A stretch of 61,202 nucleotides of DNA, filler included, from Chiloscyllium plagiosum (taxonomy: Eukaryota): the NCBI RefSeq assembly GCF_004010195.1. It is 4 parts of one record of this genome, joined end to end, with 100 filler letters (N's around TTAATTAATTAA, not from the genome) between each part and the next. Parts side by side here need not be neighbours in the genome. Positions count along the whole stretch, not along the records: positions 1 to 29,975 come from NC_057712.1; positions 30,076 to 44,172 come from NC_057712.1; 2 more parts are not named here. One strand, given 5' to 3'. Shown piece after piece: positions 25,331 to 37,003 of the stretch (position 1 is its first letter; each line of letters opens with the position of its first letter). The notes beneath the pieces were generated by a model. The model ran no database searches. It was not told the DNA's origin and saw only the letters and a program-made list of their open reading frames with translations. The position numbers and the translations under genes are program-made.

Positions 25331-26329
25331 ATCATATATTTTAACAAGATCACCTCTCATTTTTCTAACAACTGATGAGTATAGGCCCAACTTGTTGAAC
25401 CTTTCCTCATTTAAGGCAACCCCTAATCTCAAGAATCAGACCATCAAGGCTTCTCTGAACTTACCCCAATCAAACATATCCCTACTTAAGGGAGGAAACC
25501 AAAACTGTACTCCAGATATCAGAATATCCTATATAGTTGTCACAAAACTTCCATACTTTTAGATAAATTGAAGCAAATTTCCAAACTGGAAATTTAAGAC
25601 AGCAACAGGATATACAGAAGATAGTCATGCCATTCTGAATTGTTATTGGAATCAAAGTGTGAACACTTTCTTTCTTCACATATGTTGGCAGACCTGCTGA
25701 GTGTTCTCAGCAGTTTCTGTTTTACTCCCTACTTTTGTATTCTATTTCCCTTGCAATAAGGACCAAGGTCAAGATTTTCAGAGATGGAATAAGGGATACT
25801 GACATGGCTGGCTCCGTTGCAGGGCTAGACCATTCCTACACTCTGTACTTTTTGCGCAGTCAGGCCAGATAACTCCATGACTCATTGTTCACTGCCCTCA
25901 AGAGAGTCAACAACCATTGTCTGGACTTCAAATGGGTTCAAAACACATTGCCTATGCCAGTTTTATGCCAATTCAGCACCCCTCTCACTCCAATGGACCT
26001 TTGCACTCTCGGTGCCAACTCTTTCCTCACAATTGATCCGCAATGGCCCTTCACAGTCCATGCCAAGTCAATGCCAATTTATGCCTCTTCCATGCCCATC
26101 CACCCAGCAAGCGTTAAATACATAGCCAATGAGCCATATAATACACCAGTGTAGAACTGGTGTGAGAGATAGAAATATTCAAATTTTATTTAAAAAGATA
26201 CTGCTGTTCCTATAACCCTATAAATGTGCCAAAAGGACAGAAAATAAAGTATGAAAAATACAGTCTTGAAAGACTTCATACCTCTTAATCTTGTCCAAAC
26301 ATGCAAGTGCAGCAGGCAATGAAAAAGAC

Positions 26330-26761
26330 AAATGGTAATGAGATGATTCAAGTATAGGGGAAGGGATGCCTGGCTCAGAGCCAGAGCCTCGGGAGAGACC
26401 ACATCCAGAATACTGTGCTGGCAGGTTTCGATTCCTTATCTGGCTATGGAGGGAGGTTTACCAGACCGACTCCAGGGATGGCAGGACTGATGTATGAGGA
26501 GAGATTAGATGGATTAGGACTATATCCATTACAGGTTAGAAGAATGAAGGGAATCTCAGAAATTTATAAAATTCTAAGAGGAATGGACACGTAAATACTA
26601 GAATGATTTCTTGGATCAACTCTGGAATGAAATTTCTTCACCCAGAGGATACTGATCCTGTGGAATTCACTGCCACGGAAGGTGTTGGAGGCCAAAATAT
26701 TGAATATTTCAAGGAGTTAGATATAATTTTTCAGGCTGAAGGGATCAAAGAGTATAGAGAG
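26330..26761 (+). mobile_element. CR1 3' fragment, continued at about 32797-32895 after the LTR/Tx1 insertion
   Basis: gagaccacatccagaatactgtg...gggatcaaagagtatagagag on the left; the tail gataatcagccttgatc...ctactccagctcctattttctatgtt on the right. Confidence 0.7.
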
Positions 26762-27020
26762 TGTAATGATTGCAATGAGGTCAGTCACTGGACCTCATGA
26801 GACCCCTGACTGGGTTGTTAATCTGGTCCAATCAGGGAGTCCTGACCGACAGAAAAAAACCCAAAACTGTAGTGTGAAGAAAATAAAAAAAAACCGGAGA
26901 GTCAGAGGTTCAGGTCACGAGAAAAAAAAAGAACAGGGGTGTCACACATCCTGTTCACTCAGAGCTGGCTTTGAGGGAGCTGGATCAGTGTGTGTGTGTG
27001 TGTGTGCGCAAAGACTCTCC
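26762..27020 (+). mobile_element. Left part of a small LTR (same family as 37661-37896), scarred by A-tracts
   Basis: TG start; ggacctcat...ttaatctggtccaatcagggag.cctgac.gacag and ctgttcactc.gagctggct.tgagggagct match the intact copy at 37661. Confidence 0.8.
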
Positions 27021-29975
27021 TCCTTGACTGTGTCTGAGAGGAAGGGGACTGTCCCTGGACCAGCTGCCCCACATCGAGAGAGCTGAAGGAGGGAAGAAGG
27101 AGAAGAAGAAGGAGGAGGAGGAGGAGAAGAAGGAGGAGGCAGAAGGAAGTGAGAGTTCTGAGTCCTGGGCCTACTTTTAGAGCTGCAGCCTGGGCCTCAC
27201 CCAGGTCAAGGGAGTGTCACTGCTGGTCTCTGGGACCCTGCCCAGACTTGCCTAAGTTGTTACTGCTTGGGGCCTGCCTCACTGCTGCTGCCTGGGACTC
27301 GGCTTGGGCCCCTCCCAGGACCTCCACCGCTGCCGTTAGAGGCCCACCTCCACTGCTGCTGCCTGGGACTAAATTTTGGGGTGGCCTGGGACTTGCCTTG
27401 GAGACCCTCCCCAGCAGGTCTGCCCTCACCGCTGTGACCAAGGGCCTGCCTAGGACTTGCCCGAGGCCTGCCTCCAACGCTTAGGCCCGCCTCCACCATC
27501 GCTGCCTGGGACTAGCCTCGGGGCCCGCCCCACAAGCTCCACCACTGCTACTGCTGCTGCCTGGGACTAAATTTTGTGGCTGCCTGGGACTTGCCTTGGG
27601 GACCCTCCCCAACAGGTCTGCCCCCACCGCTGCGACCAAGGGCCTACCTGGGACTTGCCCGAGGCCGGTTTCCACCATTGCTGCCTGTGACTCGCCTTGG
27701 ACACCTCCCCAGGACCTCCGCCACTGCTGCCAGAGGCCCACCTCCACTGCTGCTGCCTGGGGCCTACCAACATCCAGCAGTAGAGTATGGCAAGCCCAAG
27801 GGTCGCAGGGCCCAGCCGCACCTATGCCGGGGTAGCCGCTGCCTTAGGCTCGGCTGCAACCGCACCCCCTTCAGGCACCTGACTAAACGCCTGGGGGTCA
27901 AGGCCTGTCCCCACGCCAATATGACGATCGAGGCCTGCTGGCCTTCGTCGCTGCGGCCCGGATGTATGGGAAGGCCAACTTCTCCCTGAACAAGGGTCGT
28001 GATCTCCAACATCCCGTCCTTCATTGCCAGTAAGCTCCTTCTTCCCCACCTCAACACCCTGGGGGAGATCCAGTCAGGTGTCCAACCGCTCCTGCTTGGT
28101 CTTAAGGACCCTGCCCTGCGGCATGTATACTCCTTCCGACGCAAGGTGTTTATTTGCCTGGCCCGGGAGGAGGTCACCGAGGGCTCCTTTACCCTCCTGA
28201 GGGCGCGGCCTACCACATCTTCTGGACAGCGGACGGCGTGTGGTGCCACTTGTGCCACAAGGTGGGGCACATAAGAAAAAACTGCCAACGGCTGAGGGTG
28301 GCGCCACTGCACCCACTCCCCCTCCTCCGAAGACTACACCACAAGCCCCAGCAGTGGGGGCTAAGCCAAAGGCTTCCAATGCCTCAGCCTCAGATGGGGA
28401 AGGGGAGGGCGGGGTGAGCATCTGACCAGCTGGAAGGCGCTCAGGAAAACGCAATGAGTCAGGCCCACCCACAGGGAGACCACCCTATCCCCTTCCCCTA
28501 CACCTAGCCCATGACCTGCCCCTACAGTTGTGCCAGCGTCACCCCGGCACGGGAACCCTGACCCCCAAACCCGTAGTGATCCTGGCCCCACTGACCCCAC
28601 ACCCACCCCAATACAGAAACCTCTGGCGCTATAACACCTGGCCCAGTGGCCCCCGAGCACAGCCACACCCTGGCACTAACCTGGGGAGAACCACTGCTGC
28701 TGCCCTACCTCCTGCAGTGACCGTGTCTCTGGGCCCCAGAGAGGGAACTAGGCTGCTGCCCTGCCCACCATCACCTGATAAATCAGGGGTGGGGCAGGGC
28801 AGGAAGTGACACAGCTGACCCTCCCCACCCTGGCCACGCCCCCTGTTTTCCCCCAGCCAATCGTATTACGGGAAAGGCTTGGGGGGGGGGGATCTCGGGC
28901 CCCATGACCACAAAGGCGGGTGGGGAGGGGAAGGCCCATAAATTGCTCCCTGTTCCTCTGAGGAAGAGGTGTTTGCCCTTAGAGGGGAGAGACATTCTAG
29001 CAGTGTGCCGGCAGCGCTGCCCCTCTCCAGGGGATGAGCCAACGGTGCCTCTTGACTGTCCCGCACCGTGGCCCGACATACCCGAACCCTCAGGGGCTAC
29101 AGCAGGGCCTCCTGCTGCCTCAACTCCTCTGGCCCCTGGGGAGGACTTTAATAACCACATGGGCCGTGGTGCGGGCTACAATGGAGGACCCTTGCTGGGT
29201 CGTCGAGCGGTGGAGGGGAGGAAGGTGTTATCCTCGCTCCTCGCTCCTCCCTCCCAGACTGTTTTTCCAGGTGCCTTGGCCCTGGGGGAGGACCTTTTCC
29301 CCGAGGAGCTGGGCGTCCCGGCGTCGGGAGAGGAGCGGGGCCCCGAGCCTCTGCTGCCCGATGACCCGAACTTTGGGTGTTCTGGGAAGGGGTGCGCCGA
29401 GGAAGGTACCGCCGGTGACCCTGGGGGTGGGGTCGCAGGGGGTTTGAGGCCGGTTGGCGGCGCCGGACCAGCCCCCATCCTCTTGGTGGGGGAGGGGTCG
29501 ATGATCGAGGGCGACCTCCCGGAGGAGGGTTCGGGATCGGTGGCGGACACCGGGGACGACGCGGACTCCGTCTGCAGTGACATTTTTGAGTCCCAGGTGA
29601 CCCCCACCGATCTCCCCCTCATCCCCCTCGAGGAACTCTGGGAATTTGTCAAGGAATCTCGGAGTCGCCGGGATAGAACCCAACTGGTGCTCGACCGCTG
29701 GAGCTCATTTGAAAGAGTTTACTGGTCGACCCTCGCTGCCCGCCAGGCGCCTGGGCTCGACATTAACGAGCGAAAGCGAGTCAGGAACTTCCTGGGGGTG
29801 CTCCTGGTGAGGGCGAGGGACTTCTGTGCCCCTCCCTCGTCCTCCCAGTAAATGTGTGTGTATATAGGTTTTTAACTGTACTGGTGGTGGTTGCACAAAG
29901 CTTCTGACATGGAGACAACTATCGCCAGCCTCAACATCAACGACAGCAGGGAGTCACAGCGCAGATTCCAGACCC
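27021..29975 (+). mobile_element. Tx1-like (L1 clade) non-LTR retrotransposon, 5' part: repeat-rich leader, frameshifted ORF1 (ends 29851), start of ORF2 (ATG 29909)
   Basis: ORF1 pieces ISNIPSFIASKLLLPHLNTLG...LGLKDPALRHVYSFRRKVF, zinc knuckle CHLCHKVGHIRKNC and a Pro/Gly/acidic C-terminus. ORF2 begins METTIASLNINDSR, like an APE endonuclease N-terminus (SLNING-type). GC- and CpG-rich. Confidence 0.88.
27085..27148 (+). repeat. (GAA/GGA)n purine microsatellite in the Tx1 leader
   Basis: gaaggagaagaagaaggaggaggaggaggagaagaaggaggagg. Confidence 0.9.
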
Positions 29976-30075
29976 NNNNNNNNNNNNNNNNNNNNNNNNN
30001 NNNNNNNNNNNNNNNNNNNTTAATTAATTAANNNNNNNNNNNNNNNNNNNNNNNNNNNNNNNNNNNNNNNNNNNN
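29976..30075. other. Artificial 100-nt scaffold linker N44-TTAATTAATTAA-N44
   Basis: Identical structure at 44173-44272 and 57117-57216. Confidence 0.97.
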
Positions 30076-30320
30076 CATTCAATGGGGTTAGTAATAATGG
30101 TGGGAAAGGATGAAATCACCCAATGGGGTTAGTAATAATGATGGGAAAGGAGGATGGCGTGCAGTGGGGTTAGTAGTAATGGTGGGAAAGGACGATGACA
30201 TTCAATGGGGTTAGTAATAATGGTGGGAAAGGATGATGACACTCAATGGGGCTAGTGATAATGGTGGGAAAGGACAATACCATTCACAGGAGTAGTGAAA
30301 GAATTTGGGAGAGACAATAG
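30076..30320 (+). repeat. 41-bp minisatellite, about 5.5 visible copies, truncated by the gap
   Basis: Unit cattcaatggggttagtaataatggtgggaaaggatgatga. Confidence 0.9.
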
Positions 30321-31424
30321 TACTCCACGTGGACACTATTAATGTTGGAGAGAGACATTAACACTTAATAAGGAGCAATAAGATAATAGTTCACAGGTAA
30401 TGTTCTTTTCACGAATGTGGGACATGGGTGTTGCTGGCTGGACGAGCACTAATTGCCTGTATCCAGCTGCCCTTTGCAAATCGACGCACAATACTGTTAG
30501 GAAGTGAATTCCAGGAGTTTGAAGGAACAGTGACATTCCATAGGCAGTAATAACAGTGGGAAGGGACAATAATATTCTATAGCGGAGTGGTGTGGCGGAA
30601 TGAGTTTGGTGTTGACAGTATTTCAGGGCAAGTGCAATAGTGTGGGAAGGCAAGGGGAAATGTGAGGATTGGGGTAGTTTGGACGAGTGGTGGTATAATT
30701 GCAGAATGGTGGACTTGTGTGGCGTTTGGAGGAGTATGGAGGTACCGGTGGGTTAGTGTGGGGAAGTGATAGTAGCACAGTTGGTGAGAATGGTGTGTAC
30801 ATGTGTGTTGTCATGAGAATTCATGGGTCTTTATTCAATGTTGAGAACTTCAAGGGATGCACTTGCACCATCTTTTTCCAATTAGTTTGTGGGATATGGA
30901 GGTCGCTGGCTGGGCCAGAATTATTGCCCATCCCTAGTTGCCCTTGAGAAGGTAATGGTGAGCTGCCACGTTGAACTGCTGCAGATAACCTGTGGAAGTT
31001 TAAAAAAAATCAAAAACCATCGTACATTTTTTCCTGAAAATAATAAAGGCTGGAGATCACAGCAGGTCAGGCAGCTTCGGTGGAGAGAGTCTTCATCTGA
31101 AGTGAAGTGTGAAGGGAGAGCATTTGAGGATTCTGTCCTGTTGGTGAGAGATGGGTAACCATAGATAGTGGTGTGTGGGAAATTGTATGGTGAATGACTA
31201 CTGTATGGGGCTATTCTGTCAGTTCTATAGGATAGTTCTCCCAGTTTATGGTTAGTAATAAAAGTGACAAGGAGCACCAAAATGCTAGGAGGGATATAAT
31301 CTAAAGAAAATGAGGTGCATTAAGCTCTGTTGTATAAGTATTTTGCCTATTCATATCAGACCTTGTTTATGGTGACAAGTATTTATAATTAACTTTAACT
31401 ATCTTTACCTTGTCACACCGCAGT

Positions 31425-32650
31425 TGCAGCTACTGGAGGTGGTGCAGTGCCATCACTACTAACGAGATTAAACACACGCAACCTGTCGGAGGGGAGGGCC
31501 GTGGCGGCGAGGGTGACCAGGGTCGGGGACGTGCTGGGTGCCGGGGGCCCGGGCTGGACACTGCCGCAGGACATAGCAGGCAGGGCAGCGGTTGACGTCC
31601 GGTACGTAGCCACCGCCATCCGACGCCTTAAAACAGCGGTGCTCGGGCCCGACGTAGTGCGCCAGTTGGAGGACACTCAGGTGTGCGGTGGGATCCCGTC
31701 CGCACTCACCCCAGCCCGGACGGAATTTCACATTGGCCCCAAGGTCCCGTACTTCCCGCGGGAGCCTGTGCCCCACAACCTGAGCCGCCTCCGGAATTTT
31801 AATTTTGTTTCTTTCAAAGACGTAAAAAGGAGGGTCCTGTATAGACTGCTGCTGCACACCGTCCACCTCTTCTCCCTCATCCACTGTCCGGACACACCTT
31901 GGCGTGCCCATTTGCCACCGGGCGGTGGGGATCCCCAGTGGAGGGCTCTCTACGCGGGGGTCCTCCACCTTTCTCTCAGGGATCTGGGGTGGAGGGTGCT
32001 GCACGCAGCAGTCCCCTGCAACCGCAAATTGTGGTGGTTCACGGACTCCCAGCCCAACTGTTGTTCTGTGGCGTTGTGGAGTCTGTGGACCACGTGTATA
32101 TTGGGTGTGGGCATTTGCACTCCCTTTCTGATTTTCTTAAAAAATCTCCTCCTCTGCTTTTGGTTGCACTTCAGTCCCATGCTCCTAATCTTTGGGCACC
32201 AGGTATGGAGGAGGGAGGGCAGGTCTGAAGACCTCCTCGTGGGTCTGCTCCTGGGCCTGGCCAAACTGGCCATAAACAGGTCCAGGCAGCGGGCCGTGGA
32301 GGGGGTCGTTGGGGCCGACTGCCTGCCCCTCTTCCGCGGTTACGTTAGGGCCCGGGTGTCCTTGGAGAAGGAGCACGCGGTGTCCACCAACACCCTGGAG
32401 TTGTTCAGGGAGAGGTGGGCGCCACAGCGAGTGGAGTGCATCATTTCTCCCTCCAATTCTATTTTGATTTAATCCCTGCCCTCCCCTTCACTGTTTGATC
32501 ACACAGCATTGCCCTTTGGTGTGGTGGAAACTGAATAAGGATTCATGCACCTTGTGTCTTTCACTGTGTCTCACACCTAATACACACATGGGTGCTGGGG
32601 GAAAAAATAAGCACTACTGCAGTTAGGCGGTAGTGTGGGGAAAAAAAATA
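31425..32650 (+). mobile_element. Tx1-like LINE 3' end: ORF2 C-terminus (zinc-binding region), 3' UTR and poly(A)
   Basis: ORF 31447..32472 WRALYAGVLHLSLRDLGWRVLHAAVPCN...LLGLAKLAINRSR...FRERWA; the shifted frame gives FCGVVESVDHVYIGC (Cys/His motif). Ends ...ggcggtagtgtggggaaaaaaaa. Confidence 0.88.
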
Positions 32651-32800
32651 AACAGAAGGGTCAGGAAAAAAAAAAGTGTGAAAGATTCTGCTCAAAAAAC
32701 AAGGTGAGTGTCAGTGAGTGATATTCTGGTATCTGACTCTGAGGCAGTGCTCTAGTCAAGCTACATGTGTAAATAAGATGTGACTCGGGGATGGGATACA
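32651..32800 (+). mobile_element. Right part of the small LTR after the Tx1 poly(A)
   Basis: taaacagaagggtcag...gattctgctc...ctgactctgagg...tgtgtaaataagatgtgactcggggatgggatac aligns with the second half of 37661-37896. Confidence 0.7.
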
Positions 32801-35317
32801 GGGGACAGAGTTTGATAATCAGCCTTGATCAAATTGAATTGTCAAGCAGGCTGAAAGAGCTAAATGGTCTACTCCAGCTCCTATTTTCTATGTTTAAGTC
32901 AACATAGGCATCATCAAAAGCATTCACAGGAAGAACAATTATTATAAATGCTCAAAGATGCCAATTAATGTCAATAATTCACTTCAATTGTCAAAGCAGA
33001 GTTGTGTGCTGAGCAAATGCTTTTATTGGTCCCTTCTGGTGGATGATGATGGACAGCAATGGAGGGCGATAGAGGAGGATCATTGGTCAACCGTGTCAAA
33101 GGCTGCAGAAAGGTCAAGAAGGACAATTAGGGCAAGTTTATCTTTGTCACAGTCCCATAGGATATCATTTTGGGTGCTCTGGCAGGAAATACAAAACCAG
33201 ATTGGAGTGTTTCAAACAGGCATTCAAACATTCAATAGGGCTCCTAGTTGCAGTAGGACACCCAGCACCTCCACCTCACCAAGATCGTACTTTGCTGTCT
33301 CCAACCTGTCAAACCTGACCTCTCACCCCTCTTTGCTAGGGCTTGCCAATCTAGTCCCAGTGAAAACCCCACTTACTGTGCAGCCTCAGCATTGCTCTCC
33401 TCTGGGGACTGCCTATAGTCTTAGCAATTCCGACACTCCCCCTGATTGGTGCTGCTGGGACCACAGAACTACTCATTGGTTGGCACCTTTCCAAGGCAGG
33501 GATTTCTGTTTCTGAGGAACAGAAGTCTCATCTCCAGCTTATTAACAGCCACCTGACCTTTAAGTAACAGTGGTACAGGTTATTACCCTTGGACAGGCAC
33601 CCGATTGATTTCTTATGCTCGGGAGTGAGGATTACGTGCCCTATTGGATCTAGCCCAGAAGTCCTGCTTTCCAAAAAAAGATAGCCATTGAGAAATAAGT
33701 TACAATGAACAGGAAAGACAAAACATCAAAATATACAAAAATAAATCCTTCCTCCACATTCGGAGTGTTGAAATGTAGATCAACTTATTTGTTGTCAGAA
33801 CCAGAGACTCTCCAACAGACTCTTACTTTTCCCAAACTCAACATACTTTGAAACCTCAAGTTTAATCAAATTTCTTCCTGGCTTTACACACCAGTGCTGC
33901 TACAGGACTTTGCTTTTAAACCAAATTTCTCACTTAAGATAGAGGCACCCCGTGTGGATTCATCTTGCTCAGCTGTCAATAGCAGATTTTTAATATTTAT
34001 GACCACTCTCCAAGTTTTCATGAAAGGTGTTAGCGATGGAACCACAGTGTGTACCAGACTATTATTAGGTTAGGCATAAAGCTTGGCAAAGGTACAACTA
34101 TTGGGTCTGAATCCTGTCGAGGATGGAATTTCCTTCAGACAGCATTTGGCTCTGTTTGGTATCAGTGGAATCCACCCAAGGAAGAAAGGTTGGCAGTCCT
34201 ATTTTTAGTGCTTCTTCATGACTTGCACTTCCTAGCACATGTTTGCAAACCCAACAAGCACAGACCACCAACTGTGCTCTTGGAGAAAGTCACACCAAGA
34301 AATGCAGGGCACCTTGAATGAGACAGTCACATATTGAGTCAGCCCGAGTGTTTAAAAAGGAAGTGGTGAGGGTATTGAGGAATATGAAGGAGGCAGAAAA
34401 GTGGGATGCTAAAACATTGGTGAGTCAGGCTCAAAAAATTGTTTATCTCACTTCTGATTCTGTAGATCTGGGTAGCTAAGTTGGTTTAGGCAGTGAATAG
34501 CTGAGTTGTAATGTGGATACAGATTCAATCGCTGTCTGTGATGAATTAAGCAATTTGCAAAAGGGTGGTTTTGGAGGTGAGGGTTAAGGCGCCCACTGTA
34601 ATGATTATTGAACAGAAAATAACCTGTGTGATGTTGGTGTTGCTGGCAAGGTCAATATTTATCACTAATTGTCCTGATGGTGTCATGCTGAATTGCCTTC
34701 GTAAATAGAACTGAGTGACTTGCTAAGCTATCTGAGAGCTGTGCTGTGGGGCTGGAATCACAGCCAGAGTGGGAAAGGCTGTCAGATCACCTTTCCTAAA
34801 GAACACTGGGTACTTGCAATAACCTGGTAGTCTCAAGGTGCCATTATTGATATCCTTTTTATTCTGGACTTATTTAACTAACAATGTAAATTCCCCAGCA
34901 AGCACAGTGGCATTTGAACTCATGTCCCTGGATTATTAATACAGTAGTATAATCACTTTGTTGCCATACTCCCTACCATTATCCTTTCTCTTGCAATTGA
35001 ATGTGGGTGTCAAGGTAAAAGTAGATAGAATAAAGTCTTAAGTAAAATAAAAATGAATTGCTTTCATGCTTTTAGATAAATTCTCTCAAATTATATGGAC
35101 ATCCTTTTGAATATGCAGCAGTAATATTCTGTTAATGCTCTTCAGTACCTCCAAATTGCTATGCCCTGGGGACAGCAATTAATTGTGTGGTGTAATTATG
35201 ATCTTTCTTCTCTGGATAGCTTTCATATTCTTTGTAGATACAGAACCGGAGCACATTTGTTGGTTATCTGTGTCATCCAATAATCCCGATATTACAGCAT
35301 TATACCAAAAATTCAAC

Positions 35318-35555
35318 AAAACAAAACATTGCAGATGCTGGAAATCTAAAATAAAAACCAAGAACGCTGGAAATAATCAGCAGGTCAGATAGCTTCTGTA
35401 GCAAAAAATAAAAAGTTAACATTTCTGACTGAATTCCAGTTTCAATATTCCAGTTCTGATGAAAGATCACCAACTGTAAAATTCAAATATTTTTCTAACT
35501 CCAAAGATGCTGCCTGACATGCTGAGTACTTCCAACATATTCTGGTTTCATTTAC
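35318..35555. mobile_element. Old Penelope-like fold-back element
   Basis: ttgcagatgctggaaatct...cagcaggtcag and inverse gatgctgcctgacatgctgag, with ctgatgaaag in the centre. Confidence 0.6.
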
Positions 35556-35719
35556 AGTGAATTGTGGAGCTGAATGTGATGATTTCTGAATTGCATCAGT
35601 TGATCAGATTCACAGCGTACTAAGCAGTGCTCTGCACACGTGGCTGCGAAGGTCAGAACGGGGCTGCCTTGGGAAGGTCATGCACACAGGCAGCATTGCC
35701 AATACTTCAAACCACTCAC

Positions 35720-35749
35720 CTTCGGGGAAATCGAAAAAGCCTGGGAGGT
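35720..35749 (-). CDS. DISP1: DISP1 30-nt micro-exon: (R)PPRLFRFPR(S)
   Basis: Long polypyrimidine acceptor (...ctgtgttttcgtttcAG) and donor AG|GTGAGT. Phase 2-2, completing AG+C = Ser before YAAL. Position and size fit the short PSRPFKLPKS-type exon I recall in mammalian DISP1. Confidence 0.85.
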
Positions 35750-36544
35750 CTGAAACGAAAACACAGAAAAAGGTAAAGTTTAATTCTCAAATTAAAAAGA
35801 GTGTTCCTTATTTTAAATTAAAGAAAAATTCACCCTTGGCCCTGTCCACAGTTAACCTCAGGTCTTTGAAAGCTAACATTAAGAACGAGCTGACAGGAAA
35901 GCCCAAGGGAACTCTCTTTACAATCTTTCTTTCTCCCTGTGGTAAGTACTTGGATTCATTTGGCATCTCCCCTCTGTAAGCAAAGTCAACCATATTGCTC
36001 TAGTCAGACCAGGTAAGGGTAATAGATTTTTTTTTCCTTATAAAGGTCATAATGAACCAGATGGGCTTTAGTGACAATTGATGGTAGTTTCATGTCACTT
36101 TTACAATCCGCTGATTGGCATCACATCCACCAGCAGCAACAATGCACACCATCAACAAGACGTACTGCAAAGATTCTCCAAGGCTCCTTAGACAGCACCT
36201 TCCAAACCCACCACCATGACCATCTAAAAGGTCAAGGGTACCAGATGGATGAAACCACCATCACCTGCTAGCTCCCCATCCTGACATGAAATATATTGCT
36301 TACTTTGCTGTAACTCAGTCAAAATCCTAGAACTCCCTCCCTAACAGTATTCTGAATTTACCCACAACAAACGCACTGCAGTAATGCAAGACCATAAGAT
36401 ATAGGAGGCAGAAGTAGGCCGTTTGGATAATTAAGTTAGTACACCCATTCAGTGAAATCATGGCTCATCTGGTAATCTTTAAGTCCATTTTCTTGTTCTA
36501 TAATCCTTGATTCAAAAAGGGAGACAAAATATCAGATAACTATA

Positions 36545-37003
36545 TCAGGTAACGAAAGACTGGAGCGACTGGGCTTGTATACTCTTGAGTTTAGAAGACT
36601 GAGAGTGGATCCCAATTGAGACATATAAGATTATTAAAGGATTGGACACTCTGGAGGCAGGAAACATGTTTCCGCTGATGGGTGAGTGCCGAACCAGAGG
36701 ACACAGCTTAAAAATACGGGATAGACCATTTAGGACAGAGATGAGGAGAAACTTCTTCATCCAGAGAGTAGTGGCTGTGTGGAATGCTCTGCCCCAGAGG
36801 GCAGTGGAGGCCCAGTCTCTGGATTCATTTAAGAAAGAGTTGGATAGAGCTCTAAAGGATAGTGGAATCAAGGGTTATGGAGATAAGGCAGGAACAGGAT
36901 ACTGATTAAGGATGATCAGCCATGATCATATTGAATGGTGGTGCAGGCTCGAAGGGCAGAATGGCCTACTCCTGCACCTATTTTCTATTGTCTATTGTCT
37001 ATA
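36545..37003 (+). mobile_element. Well-preserved CR1 LINE 3' end
   Basis: ECRTRGHSLKIRDRPFRTEMRRNFFIQRVVAVWNALPQRAVEAQSLDSFKKELD with a (tctattg)n tail. Confidence 0.9.

Noticed and set aside
28904..29851. 315-aa ORF as a novel host gene
   Set aside because: It lies between the Tx1 zinc knuckle and the ORF2 start, so it is the low-complexity C-terminal part of Tx1 ORF1.
30020..30031. TTAATTAATTAA motif (also 44217-44228 and 57161-57172)
   Set aside because: Always centred in exactly 44+44 Ns. It is an artificial all-frame-stop contig linker, not biology.
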